From positions 1,348-65,347 of the forward strand of contig CAYZNW010000001.1 in the NCBI GenBank assembly GCA_964480345.1: a stretch of DNA of 64,000 bases. Reading direction: 5' to 3'. A program made the translations under genes and the position numbers. This document shows positions 19,661-29,011 of this stretch, in pieces. Position 1 is the stretch's first letter. Every line of letters begins with the position of its first letter. Origin of the DNA: an uncultured Candidatus Saccharibacteria bacterium (lineage in GTDB: Bacteria; Patescibacteriota; Dojkabacteria; SC72). Under the pieces are notes generated by a model. The model worked only from the letters and a program-made list of their open reading frames with translations. It was not told the DNA's origin and ran no database searches.

Positions 19661-19715
19661 AGCAATATTTTAATAGAATATATGCGAGTTAGCAACTAAA
19701 GAAAGATTATAGAAA

Positions 19716-19792
19716 TGGTGGGAATAGGTGGACTCGAACCACCGACCACGGCTTTATAAGAACCGCGCTCTAACCGCCTGAGCTATATTCCC
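19716..19792 (-). tRNA. tRNA-Ile (anticodon UAU)
   Basis: Cloverleaf GGGAATA/TATTCCC acceptor, anticodon stem CGGTT/AGCCG, loop CTTATAA, T-loop GGTTCGAGTCC, CCA encoded. Confidence 0.7.
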
Positions 19793-19847
19793 ATTATGTA
19801 GAGAGATTCTATCAAAAGTTAGAATAATTTAGAAGTACTTGCGTATA

Positions 19848-22370
19848 TTAAAATATTGAAGAGAAATCTTTGAGAGGATCCTCTTTACTCGCTGTGTTTA
19901 CATCCAACTGTGATCTTGTTCGAATATCCTCATTAATAATATTAGTATCTCGACCATATTTCCTTCTAGAAATCTCCTTAACTATTCTAGCAACTTCAGC
20001 ATTGACAGGTAAATCAAATCCTGAGTCTGGGAATTTAGGTCCATACGATGCATCAAGAGAGAATGGTGAAGGATATGATCCGTTTACTAATAGCTTTGTA
20101 TAGTAATGCCCTATGCCTTGATTCACCATATCAGTAGCAGATACATATGATTCAAATGGTGTTTCTAAAAATTTAGCATCTTCAGGAGAACATCGTGCTA
20201 TAAACAAACTACCAACATTACCAAAAACTGCATTTTTGATATCCTCTGGTAACTGCCCTATATACTGATGTGCTAACGTTAAATTCAATCTGTACTTTCT
20301 AGCTTCAGAAAGTATGGAGTTAAATTCTTCAGTTGCAAAATTCTGGAATTCATCAGCATAGAAGAAGAAATCTCTTCTCTGATCCTCAGGGATATTTTCT
20401 CTACTCAATGCTGCTGCTAGCATCTTTTGCACAAGAAGAAGACCTAGGAACGACATATTTTCATCTCCAATAATACCTTTAGAAAGGTTAACTATTAGAA
20501 TCTTCCCTTCATCCATAATCTGTCTAAAATCAAAAGAAGAGGTTGATTGCCCTATGATATTTCGAATAGCTAGATTCGTTGTAAATTTATCAAATTTTGA
20601 TATGAAGTATGTCAATGATTCAGCTTTAGTTTTCTTATCTGTCTTGGCAACCTGATCTGTCCAATATCTGTGTACTAGCTCATCCTTCACTTGTGGTAAC
20701 CAGTAATTCATCACCCAATCTTCATCTTGTAAAATCCTAACCACCTCTATTAATGTGGAATCTGGTCGAGACATAGCTGTCAACATAGAGTTTCTAACTG
20801 CCTGTTGAAATGCTGGACCAGCATATCCTTGATTGTTTGGATCAAACAATCTAATTAATAAAGCAATGAAGCTATTAACAATTTGATGCTTATGCTGTTC
20901 ATTGTAATACTCCATGATATTCAAACCAAAAGGTCTCTCAAAATCTCCAGCATTGAAATATATAACTTTGTCAGCCTTCTCAGGAGGAATTCTCTCTAAA
21001 ATCATCTCGGCGGCAGAACCGTGTGGGTCAATAAAACAAACACCATCTCCATTATATATATCTTGAAGGATCATTCTAACCATTAACCAAGATTTACCTG
21101 TACCTGTCTGTCCTAAAATATATGCATGTCTTCTCCTATCATCTCTTTCAAAACATATCATTTTCTTCTTACCTCTAAAGTAGTTGTTCCCTACCCATAT
21201 CATATCTTTAGAGTTAACATCTGAACTAATGTCATTACTTGCTACTAACTCTTTTGACAGAAGCCATTTAATATTTGGAGTAGAAACATCTTTGTTTGGA
21301 AAATGATATAACCCTGCAAGCTCCTCTAAATTTAAAATACTTTTTTCATCTTCAGGAGTTCTTCTGTAAATCACATCATAGAGAAAAGATTGTGAATTTT
21401 TACTATCAATCTTTTTCTTCTTTAATTTATTAATACCTGGATTACTGTACTGATCATATGCACCAATAATATTATCCAGATGCATCTTCGCAATTTCTTT
21501 ATCTTTCGCACTAGTCACTATTCTAATTTCTGCAACTAAACCTGGTTTAGATATCTTATCTCGAATAGCTTGTAGCTTTTCTTGAGATACATTTATCTTT
21601 TTCTTCTCTGGATTAGAATTATTACTTTCAACTTTCTGTATGAATTGTGAACCATTTTTCTGCCATTGAGAATCTGATGGAGCTACAACAAGCTGAACCA
21701 TTGCTCCTTCATTTTCCGCCATCTTACTCAGTGTACTTAAAACATTGGCCATAGGATCTCCTGTGAAATCTTCTGCTTTCCTTATTGGATTGTAAGACTC
21801 TTCATCAAGAACGAGCCTAGCGTAAGCTAACTGATTCCCTTGTGCGAAGATATTGTATTCATCAACTATAGAAACATCTGCATCTTGATACGATCCTAGT
21901 ATTTGTTTCTCAACCAAATCAGCATATTTTCGTGGGCAATGGACAAAGAATCTAATCTCACCTGGTAATCCAACTATTTCGAAACTGACACAGTTACTTA
22001 CAGTAAAATTCTGGGCTATCCCCTCTGCTTTAGCACTGATACCGTACAGGTTAGCAAACATTTTTTCGGCAACACCGATTTCTACTTCATTGTTTCTAGG
22101 GACTCTTACCTCCATTAAAACTCCATCACTGGCTTTCTCATTTCGGTCTTTCTTTTTTAATTTTTTCTTAACAAAGAAAAAACCTAAAACTGCTATCAAA
22201 ACCAGCAGTAGTATAAAAGCTATCCAACCAAATGGAATATTTAGACTTTTAGAACCGTAGTAGTCATCATATGAATTATCGGAGTACTTTACATCAGCTC
22301 CTACTTTAATATTTGAATCCACAACAGGGATGGGACCCTGTATTTGTGCGAGAGTATATCCAGATTTCAT
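19848..22370 (-). CDS. Membrane-anchored FtsK/HerA/VirD4(TraG)-family P-loop ATPase (type IV secretion coupling-protein-like)
   Basis: N-terminal TM; Walker A ILGQTGTGKSWLM, downstream CFIDPHGS (DPxG) and FFFYADEFQNF Walker-B-like, typical of the TraG/VirD4/DUF87 family. Confidence 0.55.
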   Translation of the reverse strand: MKSGYTLAQIQGPIPVVDSNIKVGADVKYSDNSYDDYYGSKSLNIPFGWIAFILLLVLIAVLGFFFVKKKLKKKDRNEKASDGVLMEVRVPRNNEVEIGVAEKMFANLYGISAKAEGIAQNFTVSNCVSFEIVGLPGEIRFFVHCPRKYADLVEKQILGSYQDADVSIVDEYNIFAQGNQLAYARLVLDEESYNPIRKAEDFTGDPMANVLSTLSKMAENEGAMVQLVVAPSDSQWQKNGSQFIQKVESNNSNPEKKKINVSQEKLQAIRDKISKPGLVAEIRIVTSAKDKEIAKMHLDNIIGAYDQYSNPGINKLKKKKIDSKNSQSFLYDVIYRRTPEDEKSILNLEELAGLYHFPNKDVSTPNIKWLLSKELVASNDISSDVNSKDMIWVGNNYFRGKKKMICFERDDRRRHAYILGQTGTGKSWLMVRMILQDIYNGDGVCFIDPHGSAAEMILERIPPEKADKVIYFNAGDFERPFGLNIMEYYNEQHKHQIVNSFIALLIRLFDPNNQGYAGPAFQQAVRNSMLTAMSRPDSTLIEVVRILQDEDWVMNYWLPQVKDELVHRYWTDQVAKTDKKTKAESLTYFISKFDKFTTNLAIRNIIGQSTSSFDFRQIMDEGKILIVNLSKGIIGDENMSFLGLLLVQKMLAAALSRENIPEDQRRDFFFYADEFQNFATEEFNSILSEARKYRLNLTLAHQYIGQLPEDIKNAVFGNVGSLFIARCSPEDAKFLETPFESYVSATDMVNQGIGHYYTKLLVNGSYPSPFSLDASYGPKFPDSGFDLPVNAEVARIVKEISRRKYGRDTNIINEDIRTRSQLDVNTASKEDPLKDFSSIF

Positions 22371-22417
22371 CTATAGGACAGTAATCTTATGAATAAAGGA
22401 TATCACACTGAGAATAT

Positions 22418-22771
22418 TTAATCTATATCGATTGGAGCTCCGTTTATTTTTCTGTTCAATATTGCAACTGCGTCATCAGCAGTAACTTCTTGATTTTTTA
22501 CTCTGACAATATTTTCTTGAATTTGTAGAGGGAGTTGGTACCCTGCTCTGTTAGACTGCTCTGTGGTAGGTTCATTACTATCTTTTTTGCCTATAAAAAT
22601 ATCACCCTTACTTATTGTCTTCTCTTCTGTAGAAGGTGTAGAGGCTGGAGACTCTTGTTCTACTCCTGTTTTTTCAGAGTTTAGATACTCAGCAGGAATA
22701 GAAGGAAGGTTCATTTGTGCCTCTGTCTGAGTAGAGATATTTTCAGTTATAGAGTTATCAGGATTTGCCAT
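22418..22771 (-). CDS. Hypothetical protein (acidic, no TM)
   Basis: ORF only. Confidence 0.35.
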   Translation of the reverse strand: MANPDNSITENISTQTEAQMNLPSIPAEYLNSEKTGVEQESPASTPSTEEKTISKGDIFIGKKDSNEPTTEQSNRAGYQLPLQIQENIVRVKNQEVTADDAVAILNRKINGAPIDID

Positions 22772-22784
22772 AGATTACTACGAA

Positions 22785-23228
22785 TTATACCACAAACTTT
22801 CTACTTTCATAAAGCAATTCTTTGTTCATATCTCTTTCTTTTTCCCTATCTTTTTTCTCATGTCTTTTTCTTCCTCTACCCAAACCAACTTGTACTTTAA
22901 TAATGCCTCGTGTCTCATATATTGAGACAGGAAGAAGTACAAGTTTCTTCGATTTCATTTTACTTTCTACCTGTACAAGCTCTGATTTTTTGATAAGAAG
23001 TTTACGACTTCTTCTGGAATCATATTTATCACTTCCATCATATTTGTATTTAGGGATATCTGTATTTACTAGATACAGTTCACCATTAATAATTTTCACA
23101 AAGGAGTCTTCTAGATTTGCTCTACTATCTTTAATGGATTTAACTTCAGAACCAGTAAGCACTATACCTGCTTCAAAGCTCTCTACTATTTCATAATTGA
23201 AATTTGCCTTTTTGTTTGTAATTTTCAT
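22785..23228 (-). CDS. smpB: SsrA-binding protein SmpB
   Basis: KKANFNYEIVESFEAGIVLTGSEVKSIK...RKLLIKKSE canonical SmpB motifs. Confidence 0.9.
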   Translation of the reverse strand: MKITNKKANFNYEIVESFEAGIVLTGSEVKSIKDSRANLEDSFVKIINGELYLVNTDIPKYKYDGSDKYDSRRSRKLLIKKSELVQVESKMKSKKLVLLPVSIYETRGIIKVQVGLGRGRKRHEKKDREKERDMNKELLYESRKFVV

Positions 23229-23239
23229 TACTAATTATA

Positions 23240-25519
23240 CTACAAAGATACTCTCCAGATAATGGAATTTTCAACAATATATGCATTTTTCTCTGATAGA
23301 TCTACAACTATGTCTTTTACATTAGACCAACTCTCGTTATTTTCGCCTCGATACTGATACTGATTCAATAGAAGTAATTGATTTGGATGTCTAACTTCTG
23401 CTCCACCCTCCAAAGGTTTCTCAAATCTGAATAATCTTTTACCATTAGAATCAAACAAGAACAGCGAGCTTTTCATATCTTCTCCGTATGTATATCCACA
23501 TGATAGATTACCGTAATCTCCATCAAATCCTAGAGGTGTCAAAGGATTTTCTGCTTGTTTCTGTTGAACATAGTTCCAGCTGTATCGATATATCTGGGTT
23601 GGAGCAACAACATATACACTTAAATCTCCTAGGATATCTATTCCCTGTTTAAATCCTTCATTTTCAATATATGGGAAGAGCAAGCTATATCTATTACTAT
23701 ATACCGCAGATGATTTTAGAATTACTCCAGTATCTTTAGTTAGGAAGTAAGCATTATCCGCATCTGTAAGCATAATCAAACTACTAATATCCTTGTACTT
23801 AATGTCTCCCCTAGTTAAACCCGACATACTTATAATGCTTCCAAAAAGATTGGTTTCATCAAATGGAGCTTTTAGCAATCCAGATTTCTCATCATATATG
23901 TATACTCCCTCCACTCCCATTGAAACAAACTTTGGATCTTTTACTAAACCCTTGTCATCAGTCAATGTTTTAATAGTTTTATCTGAAAGATCAACAGTAT
24001 ATATAGCTTTTCTTCCTTTATCGGAGAGAAGAAGATACTCTTTGTTATTCTTAGCATGATATATATCTACATCTGTTAAATCAGCTCCCTCTCCAAAAGT
24101 TAATCTAGCTTGAATATATTCCTCTAAATTACTACTCTGAGTAGACACCCCTATTTTCTTAAACAAGTTATCGGATACATCTAAATATTTCTTTTTCAAA
24201 TCTTCAAATGTCTTCAAATCTTTATCGCTAAGATCATTTGGAACTTCTTTAATTAAATTCTCAGCTCTAAATATATTTGTTTCAGCGCTATCTCTATCAG
24301 TAACAGCCGTACTCTCAGCTTTCCCTATAAATTCCTCTATCTTAGTAAACTTCTCTCTTGCATCTTTTGCTACTGCCCTCTCATACTTAATCTTTTTTGT
24401 GAAATTTACACCAAAGATTGCTAAACCTATGATGAGTATTAGAAGAAAAATGATTTTAAACCTTTTGTTTCTTAATTCTTTTATTTTGTAATCATCTATA
24501 CGAATAGAATCAACAGGAGATCTAACCTTTTTTGTATTTAACTTTACTTCTGAGACTTGAGATCCTATTTTCTTAAACCATCTTTTATTTTTAATCTTTA
24601 GAAAAACTTTTTCTTTTAGTGCAACAAAGAGTTTTCTTACAAAACTAAACAACTTTTCAAACAAGCCTTTTATTGAAGAACCTATATCTGCGAATTTCTC
24701 TTTGATATTTTTGGGTAAAGGAATCTTTATTTTTTCAAATAATGTTGAAATTCTACCTTTTACATTACTTGGAAGTTGAACCTTATCGACAACATCTGAT
24801 TTGAATTTCTTTAGGAACGCAGGAGTATCTTTTTCTTTCTTTGGCTCTTTTACAACCTTCTCTACATTTTGCACTTTCTCTTCATCACCTACCGAAGTTA
24901 AACAGAGCAAACCGCCTCCATCAGGTAAAGATTTTCCAACTTGAGCTAATGCAGATTTGAAAGAATCTTTCTGTGAAAGGATAGAAACTTTAGCTATTAC
25001 AGGAGAAAGAACTTTTGATGTAGAAATAATTAAACTTTCTTTTTCATCTAATACAAGACCTGCTGTATTCGCTTTTTTCTTATCCATTATCTCTGTTATA
25101 TTTACACATTTATCTTTTTTGCAAAGGAATATCTCATCTTCGCCCATCTTTCCTACATACAATCCTTCTTTTCGGACAAGTACAACAGTAAAGCTCATAT
25201 CTATTCCTGTTTCTTCCAGATCTTTATCATGTTTGATGAGGCTTTTCATTTTCTCTAAACCTTGATTTAGAGATTCTTTAAGTGCTTCATTTGTTGTTTT
25301 AGAAATAGAGTATATGTAACCATCTACAATTGCTTCTATGACAAATTTGGATAGTCTAGCTAACGGGATTCGTTTATGAGAGGAGATTCTAAAGAGGATA
25401 TATATGTCAGAATCTTTTCCAGACTTATCTTTCCTGTTTTCAAAAAGACTTTTATATACAATAACAAAGGAGTTACTGTTTTTTCTGTTGAGAATATATT
25501 GTTGGGCAGAGATTTCCAT
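23240..25519 (-). CDS. Large bitopic hypothetical protein (759 aa, one central TM, beta-rich C-terminal ectodomain)
   Basis: TM IIFLLILIIGLAIFGV; no confident domain. Confidence 0.45.
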   Translation of the reverse strand: MEISAQQYILNRKNSNSFVIVYKSLFENRKDKSGKDSDIYILFRISSHKRIPLARLSKFVIEAIVDGYIYSISKTTNEALKESLNQGLEKMKSLIKHDKDLEETGIDMSFTVVLVRKEGLYVGKMGEDEIFLCKKDKCVNITEIMDKKKANTAGLVLDEKESLIISTSKVLSPVIAKVSILSQKDSFKSALAQVGKSLPDGGGLLCLTSVGDEEKVQNVEKVVKEPKKEKDTPAFLKKFKSDVVDKVQLPSNVKGRISTLFEKIKIPLPKNIKEKFADIGSSIKGLFEKLFSFVRKLFVALKEKVFLKIKNKRWFKKIGSQVSEVKLNTKKVRSPVDSIRIDDYKIKELRNKRFKIIFLLILIIGLAIFGVNFTKKIKYERAVAKDAREKFTKIEEFIGKAESTAVTDRDSAETNIFRAENLIKEVPNDLSDKDLKTFEDLKKKYLDVSDNLFKKIGVSTQSSNLEEYIQARLTFGEGADLTDVDIYHAKNNKEYLLLSDKGRKAIYTVDLSDKTIKTLTDDKGLVKDPKFVSMGVEGVYIYDEKSGLLKAPFDETNLFGSIISMSGLTRGDIKYKDISSLIMLTDADNAYFLTKDTGVILKSSAVYSNRYSLLFPYIENEGFKQGIDILGDLSVYVVAPTQIYRYSWNYVQQKQAENPLTPLGFDGDYGNLSCGYTYGEDMKSSLFLFDSNGKRLFRFEKPLEGGAEVRHPNQLLLLNQYQYRGENNESWSNVKDIVVDLSEKNAYIVENSIIWRVSL

Positions 25520-25520
25520 A

Positions 25521-25784
25521 TTAGCTTAATATTACAAACAAAAGAGAAATAAGAGAACCTATTATTGTTACAAAAAGATGAATTAATATTACTGTTTTAA
25601 CTATTCTGTTTTCAGGGGAAGAAAATGTGTCTGAAAGAATTCTGACTCGTAGATAGAGCATTAATGAAAAAAACATATTACCAAAGAGAAAGAGAAGTAC
25701 AGGTATTTTGAGTAGTCCAAAGAAATTGAAGTCCATTTGTGGAGAGTGAACTGCCAAGCTGTCTAATAGTTCATACGGATCCAT
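25521..25784 (-). CDS. Small integral membrane protein
   Basis: Two hydrophobic helices; abuts the bPH gene. Confidence 0.35.
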   Translation of the reverse strand: MDPYELLDSLAVHSPQMDFNFFGLLKIPVLLFLFGNMFFSLMLYLRVRILSDTFSSPENRIVKTVILIHLFVTIIGSLISLLFVILS

Positions 25785-26404
25785 TATATTTCTCCTTTCT
25801 GTTTAGACTCTAAGAGGTCGTAAAGTATATCTTGCACCTCTCTCGGTCTAGGGATATTATCAAATTCTATCTCTGCTTTTGCACCCGCAGTCTGTATATA
25901 CAAAGTCCCTATGTCAAAGACGCTGCTTAACAACCCTACCTGCTTATGAGTAACATCCTCTATTCTTTCTAACCTTGCTTCAGAGGAGGTATGTGATAGA
26001 GCTGATGTGAAATCTAAATCAATAACTCGTTGATCAGTAACAATATTTACATTGTAGAACCAACGTATATATGCATACACAAGTATAGAGAAGCAACTTA
26101 ATAGAGAGATAATCCACAGTGATATGAGTAGAGATGGGTTTTGAAATACTTGAGGAAGCACAACTGTCAGAATTACAGTAATTAAAAATATGAAAAGCAC
26201 GGTAAACAGGTAAGGAAGATACATCGCCCAATGGGTACGCACTATTAGAATAACATTCTCATCTTTCTCTTTCCCTGCAAACGAAAGACTTTTTGGAAAA
26301 GACATGAAGAATTGACCATTATCTTGCTGTAAATGGTCAAGAAAAGATTTATTTAGATTTCTAAATTTCTTTGGAATCCTGTTTGGAGCTTCTTTTATTG
26401 CCAT
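25784..26404 (-). CDS. Membrane protein with bacterial PH (bPH_2/YdbT-like) domain
   Basis: Two TM helices followed by IVTDQRVIDLDF...TLYIQTAG, typical of bPH_2. Confidence 0.5.
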   Translation of the reverse strand: MAIKEAPNRIPKKFRNLNKSFLDHLQQDNGQFFMSFPKSLSFAGKEKDENVILIVRTHWAMYLPYLFTVLFIFLITVILTVVLPQVFQNPSLLISLWIISLLSCFSILVYAYIRWFYNVNIVTDQRVIDLDFTSALSHTSSEARLERIEDVTHKQVGLLSSVFDIGTLYIQTAGAKAEIEFDNIPRPREVQDILYDLLESKQKGEI

Positions 26405-26503
26405 ACAAAATTATACCATTAAGAAAGAGAAATAAACAATGTGGTTCTGTTCTTCTACAGGTTAGTATATAATGTGATTAATAATTTAAGTGTGAGAAAT
26501 AAC

Positions 26504-27076
26504 ATGAGTGAGACTTTAAAAGTTTTAACACAGGCTTTCATTGGTGAGAGTCAGGCTAGGAATAGATATACTTTCTATGCAAGTATTGCTAAAAAAGAGG
26601 GCTATATGCAGATTTACGATATATTCACTTTAACAGCGAATCAGGAGAAGGAGCATGCTAGCTGGTTGTTTAAGATGATTCAAGATGTAAAAGGAGATAG
26701 TAGTAAATTAGAGGTGAATGCAGAAGCTCCATTTGTTCTTGGTGATACAAAAGAAAATCTAAAAGCAGCAATAGAGGGTGAGGTTTATGAGAGAGATACT
26801 ATGTATCCTGATTTTGCAAAGGTAGCTAGAGATGAGGGTCATGAGGAGATTGCAAAAAGACTGGAGTTGATAGCAGTTGCAGAAAATCATCATGCAGAGA
26901 GGTACGAAAAGCTTCTGAAAGTTCTTGAAGATGGCTCAATATTTAAAAAGGATGAGGAGGTAGCATGGACTTGTGCAGAGTGTGGGTATGTTCATTACGG
27001 TAAGGAAGCTCCAGAGGAGTGTCCATGTTGTAAACATCCTAAAGCATACTACTCTCTAATGTGCGAGGAGTTTTAA
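26504..27076 (+). CDS. rbr: Rubrerythrin (ferritin-like diiron domain + C-terminal rubredoxin-like CxxC...CxxC)
   Basis: EGESQARNRY, EKEHA, EGEVYERD, NHHAERYEKLL; CAECGYVH...CPCCKHP. Start moved to ATG 26504. Confidence 0.85.
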   Translation: MSETLKVLTQAFIGESQARNRYTFYASIAKKEGYMQIYDIFTLTANQEKEHASWLFKMIQDVKGDSSKLEVNAEAPFVLGDTKENLKAAIEGEVYERDTMYPDFAKVARDEGHEEIAKRLELIAVAENHHAERYEKLLKVLEDGSIFKKDEEVAWTCAECGYVHYGKEAPEECPCCKHPKAYYSLMCEEF

Positions 27077-27107
27077 CAGGCAGATAAGTATACTTAGAAT
27101 TGAGATT

Positions 27108-27138
27108 GAGCAGGTTCTTACCTGCTCTTTTTCTATTT
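27108..27138 (+). terminator. Intrinsic terminator after rubrerythrin
   Basis: GAGCAGGT-TCTT-ACCTGCTC hairpin followed by TTTTTCTATTT. Confidence 0.55.
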
Positions 27139-28965
27139 CTTCTCTACATTGAAGTATGCATAACCATTTTGTGGAATCCTCATATGTCCTGGAGCTATTT
27201 GGTTATATATATCTTTGAATCCTGCTCCAGAGATATTTACATACCCTTTATTTGTATTAAATACGACAGATGCGGTTCTACCTGGTTCTAACGCTGTAGA
27301 TGCAGAATATACATTGTGTACAGGAGAAACAAGGAAAGACTTTACTTCGTTAAGGGTATATGGAGTTTTATCAGTTCTACCGTAATCAAGACGCCCAGGA
27401 CATCTACCGTAATCACTTGGTAAAAGTCTCGATTTATCAGGAACTCCTTTTACACCTATTCCATTTTTAACAAAATATGAATTAATCATCATTGCCATTT
27501 CATCATGAGAAAGGAATGGAGAGTGTCCACATGATTCTCCTGATGAAGAGTATCCGTTTATATACCACGATTTATAAAACCATGTTACTCCTGATTTTCT
27601 CTCCCAAGAATCATTAAACCAGTCATTGCCATTACCACTCACAGTATCCCAACCGACTGTATTACCCCACCCTCCATGTACTGCAGCAAATTGTGTGGAA
27701 GTGGTAGTTCCATCTGAGTTTGTTAGGACCATACCTCTCGTAGCTCGAACTGCTTGCACCCAAGCTCCGCTCTTCAAAGGAAGGTTGAAAACTTGACATT
27801 TCTCAGTAGTACAAATTGATTTTCTTCCATTTTGCGTATAGTTAACAGCGTAAGTTCGTGCAGCAATTGCTTGAGCTTTTAAAACTTCCATAGGCCAACT
27901 TTCTGGGACCTCTTTTATGCCTAACAAATAGTAATCCTCCAAAGATAAAGAACCGTATCCATCTACTGAAATATTACCTGTAATATTCTCACCTACTCCA
28001 GCATAGGTTATCCTCCCATTTGCAATATTCTTCCCTGGATAGTAAGCATTTAGTATTTGAATATATGATTGGCCTGCTTCTGCCCTAGCTTTTGCTCCCC
28101 ACTGACTCATACCGTTCCTATGGGTGTAAGCTCCTATGGAGAAAATACCAAAAGAGTTGGCAGGAGCCTGAGATATAGCCGTACCATTCTCTGCTCCTGT
28201 ATAACCTCCTGTATATATCAAACCAGCACTTCTTGCAGCAATCAAGGCTGATTGCAATTGAGACATCTTAGCATTTAAATCTGTAATCTCAGCACTTAAA
28301 ACTTTTTTCTGAGAGTACTGCTCTCCTAAAGCTTTCTGAAGTTTACTCTTCTCTTCGGCCAATAACTTATATGAAGTATCCAAATCGCTTTTCTGCTTAT
28401 CTAAATCCTCTTTCTGCTTATTCAAATCAGCTTTAGCTTCTTCCAAACCAATAAACTCACCACTTATCTTCTCTACCTCTTCCTTCAGTATTGTAATAGC
28501 ATTTCGTTTTACAAAGAAATTTTCTACAATATTATTCCAATCAGCAAATGACAGAAAGAAATTTGCTGAATTATTTCTACTTTTCATATACAACTGACTT
28601 GATACTTCATCTAACAGTTCTTTCTTCTTTAACAGATCTTGCTGCTTTTTAGCTATTTCATCAATTTTCCCTTGTAGTTCAGCATCTTTCTCATCAATAC
28701 TAGCTTGAATTTTCGCAATCTCTTCGTTTATGAGGTTAATTTTTTGAGTAACTGAGTAATTACTGCTACTTATCTCTTTGATTTTACTTTCTACAGTTGC
28801 AAGTACTCCTTTCTTACCATCTATCTGGCTACTTTTCTCTGAGATTTGTTTCTCCAAATCAGAGATTTCATTAGAATATACAGGTATATTTAGCAGTGAT
28901 CCTCCATATATTAAAAGGAAGAGAATAGTTACTATTTTTTTTAGAAACTTCGGCAGTTTACTCAT
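27133..28965 (-). CDS. Secreted coiled-coil protein with C-terminal SpoIID/LytB peptidoglycan-remodelling domain
   Basis: Signal peptide; long coiled coil; YTHRNGMSQWGAKARAEAGQSYIQILNAYYPG matches the SpoIID GHGxGxSQxGA...YY motif. Confidence 0.7.
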   Translation of the reverse strand: MSKLPKFLKKIVTILFLLIYGGSLLNIPVYSNEISDLEKQISEKSSQIDGKKGVLATVESKIKEISSSNYSVTQKINLINEEIAKIQASIDEKDAELQGKIDEIAKKQQDLLKKKELLDEVSSQLYMKSRNNSANFFLSFADWNNIVENFFVKRNAITILKEEVEKISGEFIGLEEAKADLNKQKEDLDKQKSDLDTSYKLLAEEKSKLQKALGEQYSQKKVLSAEITDLNAKMSQLQSALIAARSAGLIYTGGYTGAENGTAISQAPANSFGIFSIGAYTHRNGMSQWGAKARAEAGQSYIQILNAYYPGKNIANGRITYAGVGENITGNISVDGYGSLSLEDYYLLGIKEVPESWPMEVLKAQAIAARTYAVNYTQNGRKSICTTEKCQVFNLPLKSGAWVQAVRATRGMVLTNSDGTTTSTQFAAVHGGWGNTVGWDTVSGNGNDWFNDSWERKSGVTWFYKSWYINGYSSSGESCGHSPFLSHDEMAMMINSYFVKNGIGVKGVPDKSRLLPSDYGRCPGRLDYGRTDKTPYTLNEVKSFLVSPVHNVYSASTALEPGRTASVVFNTNKGYVNISGAGFKDIYNQIAPGHMRIPQNGYAYFNVEKK

Positions 28966-29011
28966 ATTAATAGTATAGCAAAAATCAAAAGAAAGTTTTT
29001 TGAATCAAAAA

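Noticed and set aside
149-24059. Numerous 60-160-aa antisense or out-of-frame ORFs inside large genes (for example 149-598, 4398-4877, 8675-9139, 10796-11269, 15264-15467, 23793-24059)
   Set aside because: They are embedded in well-supported long genes on the other strand or frame and have low-complexity Ser/Leu/Phe-rich translations typical of AT-rich antisense frames.
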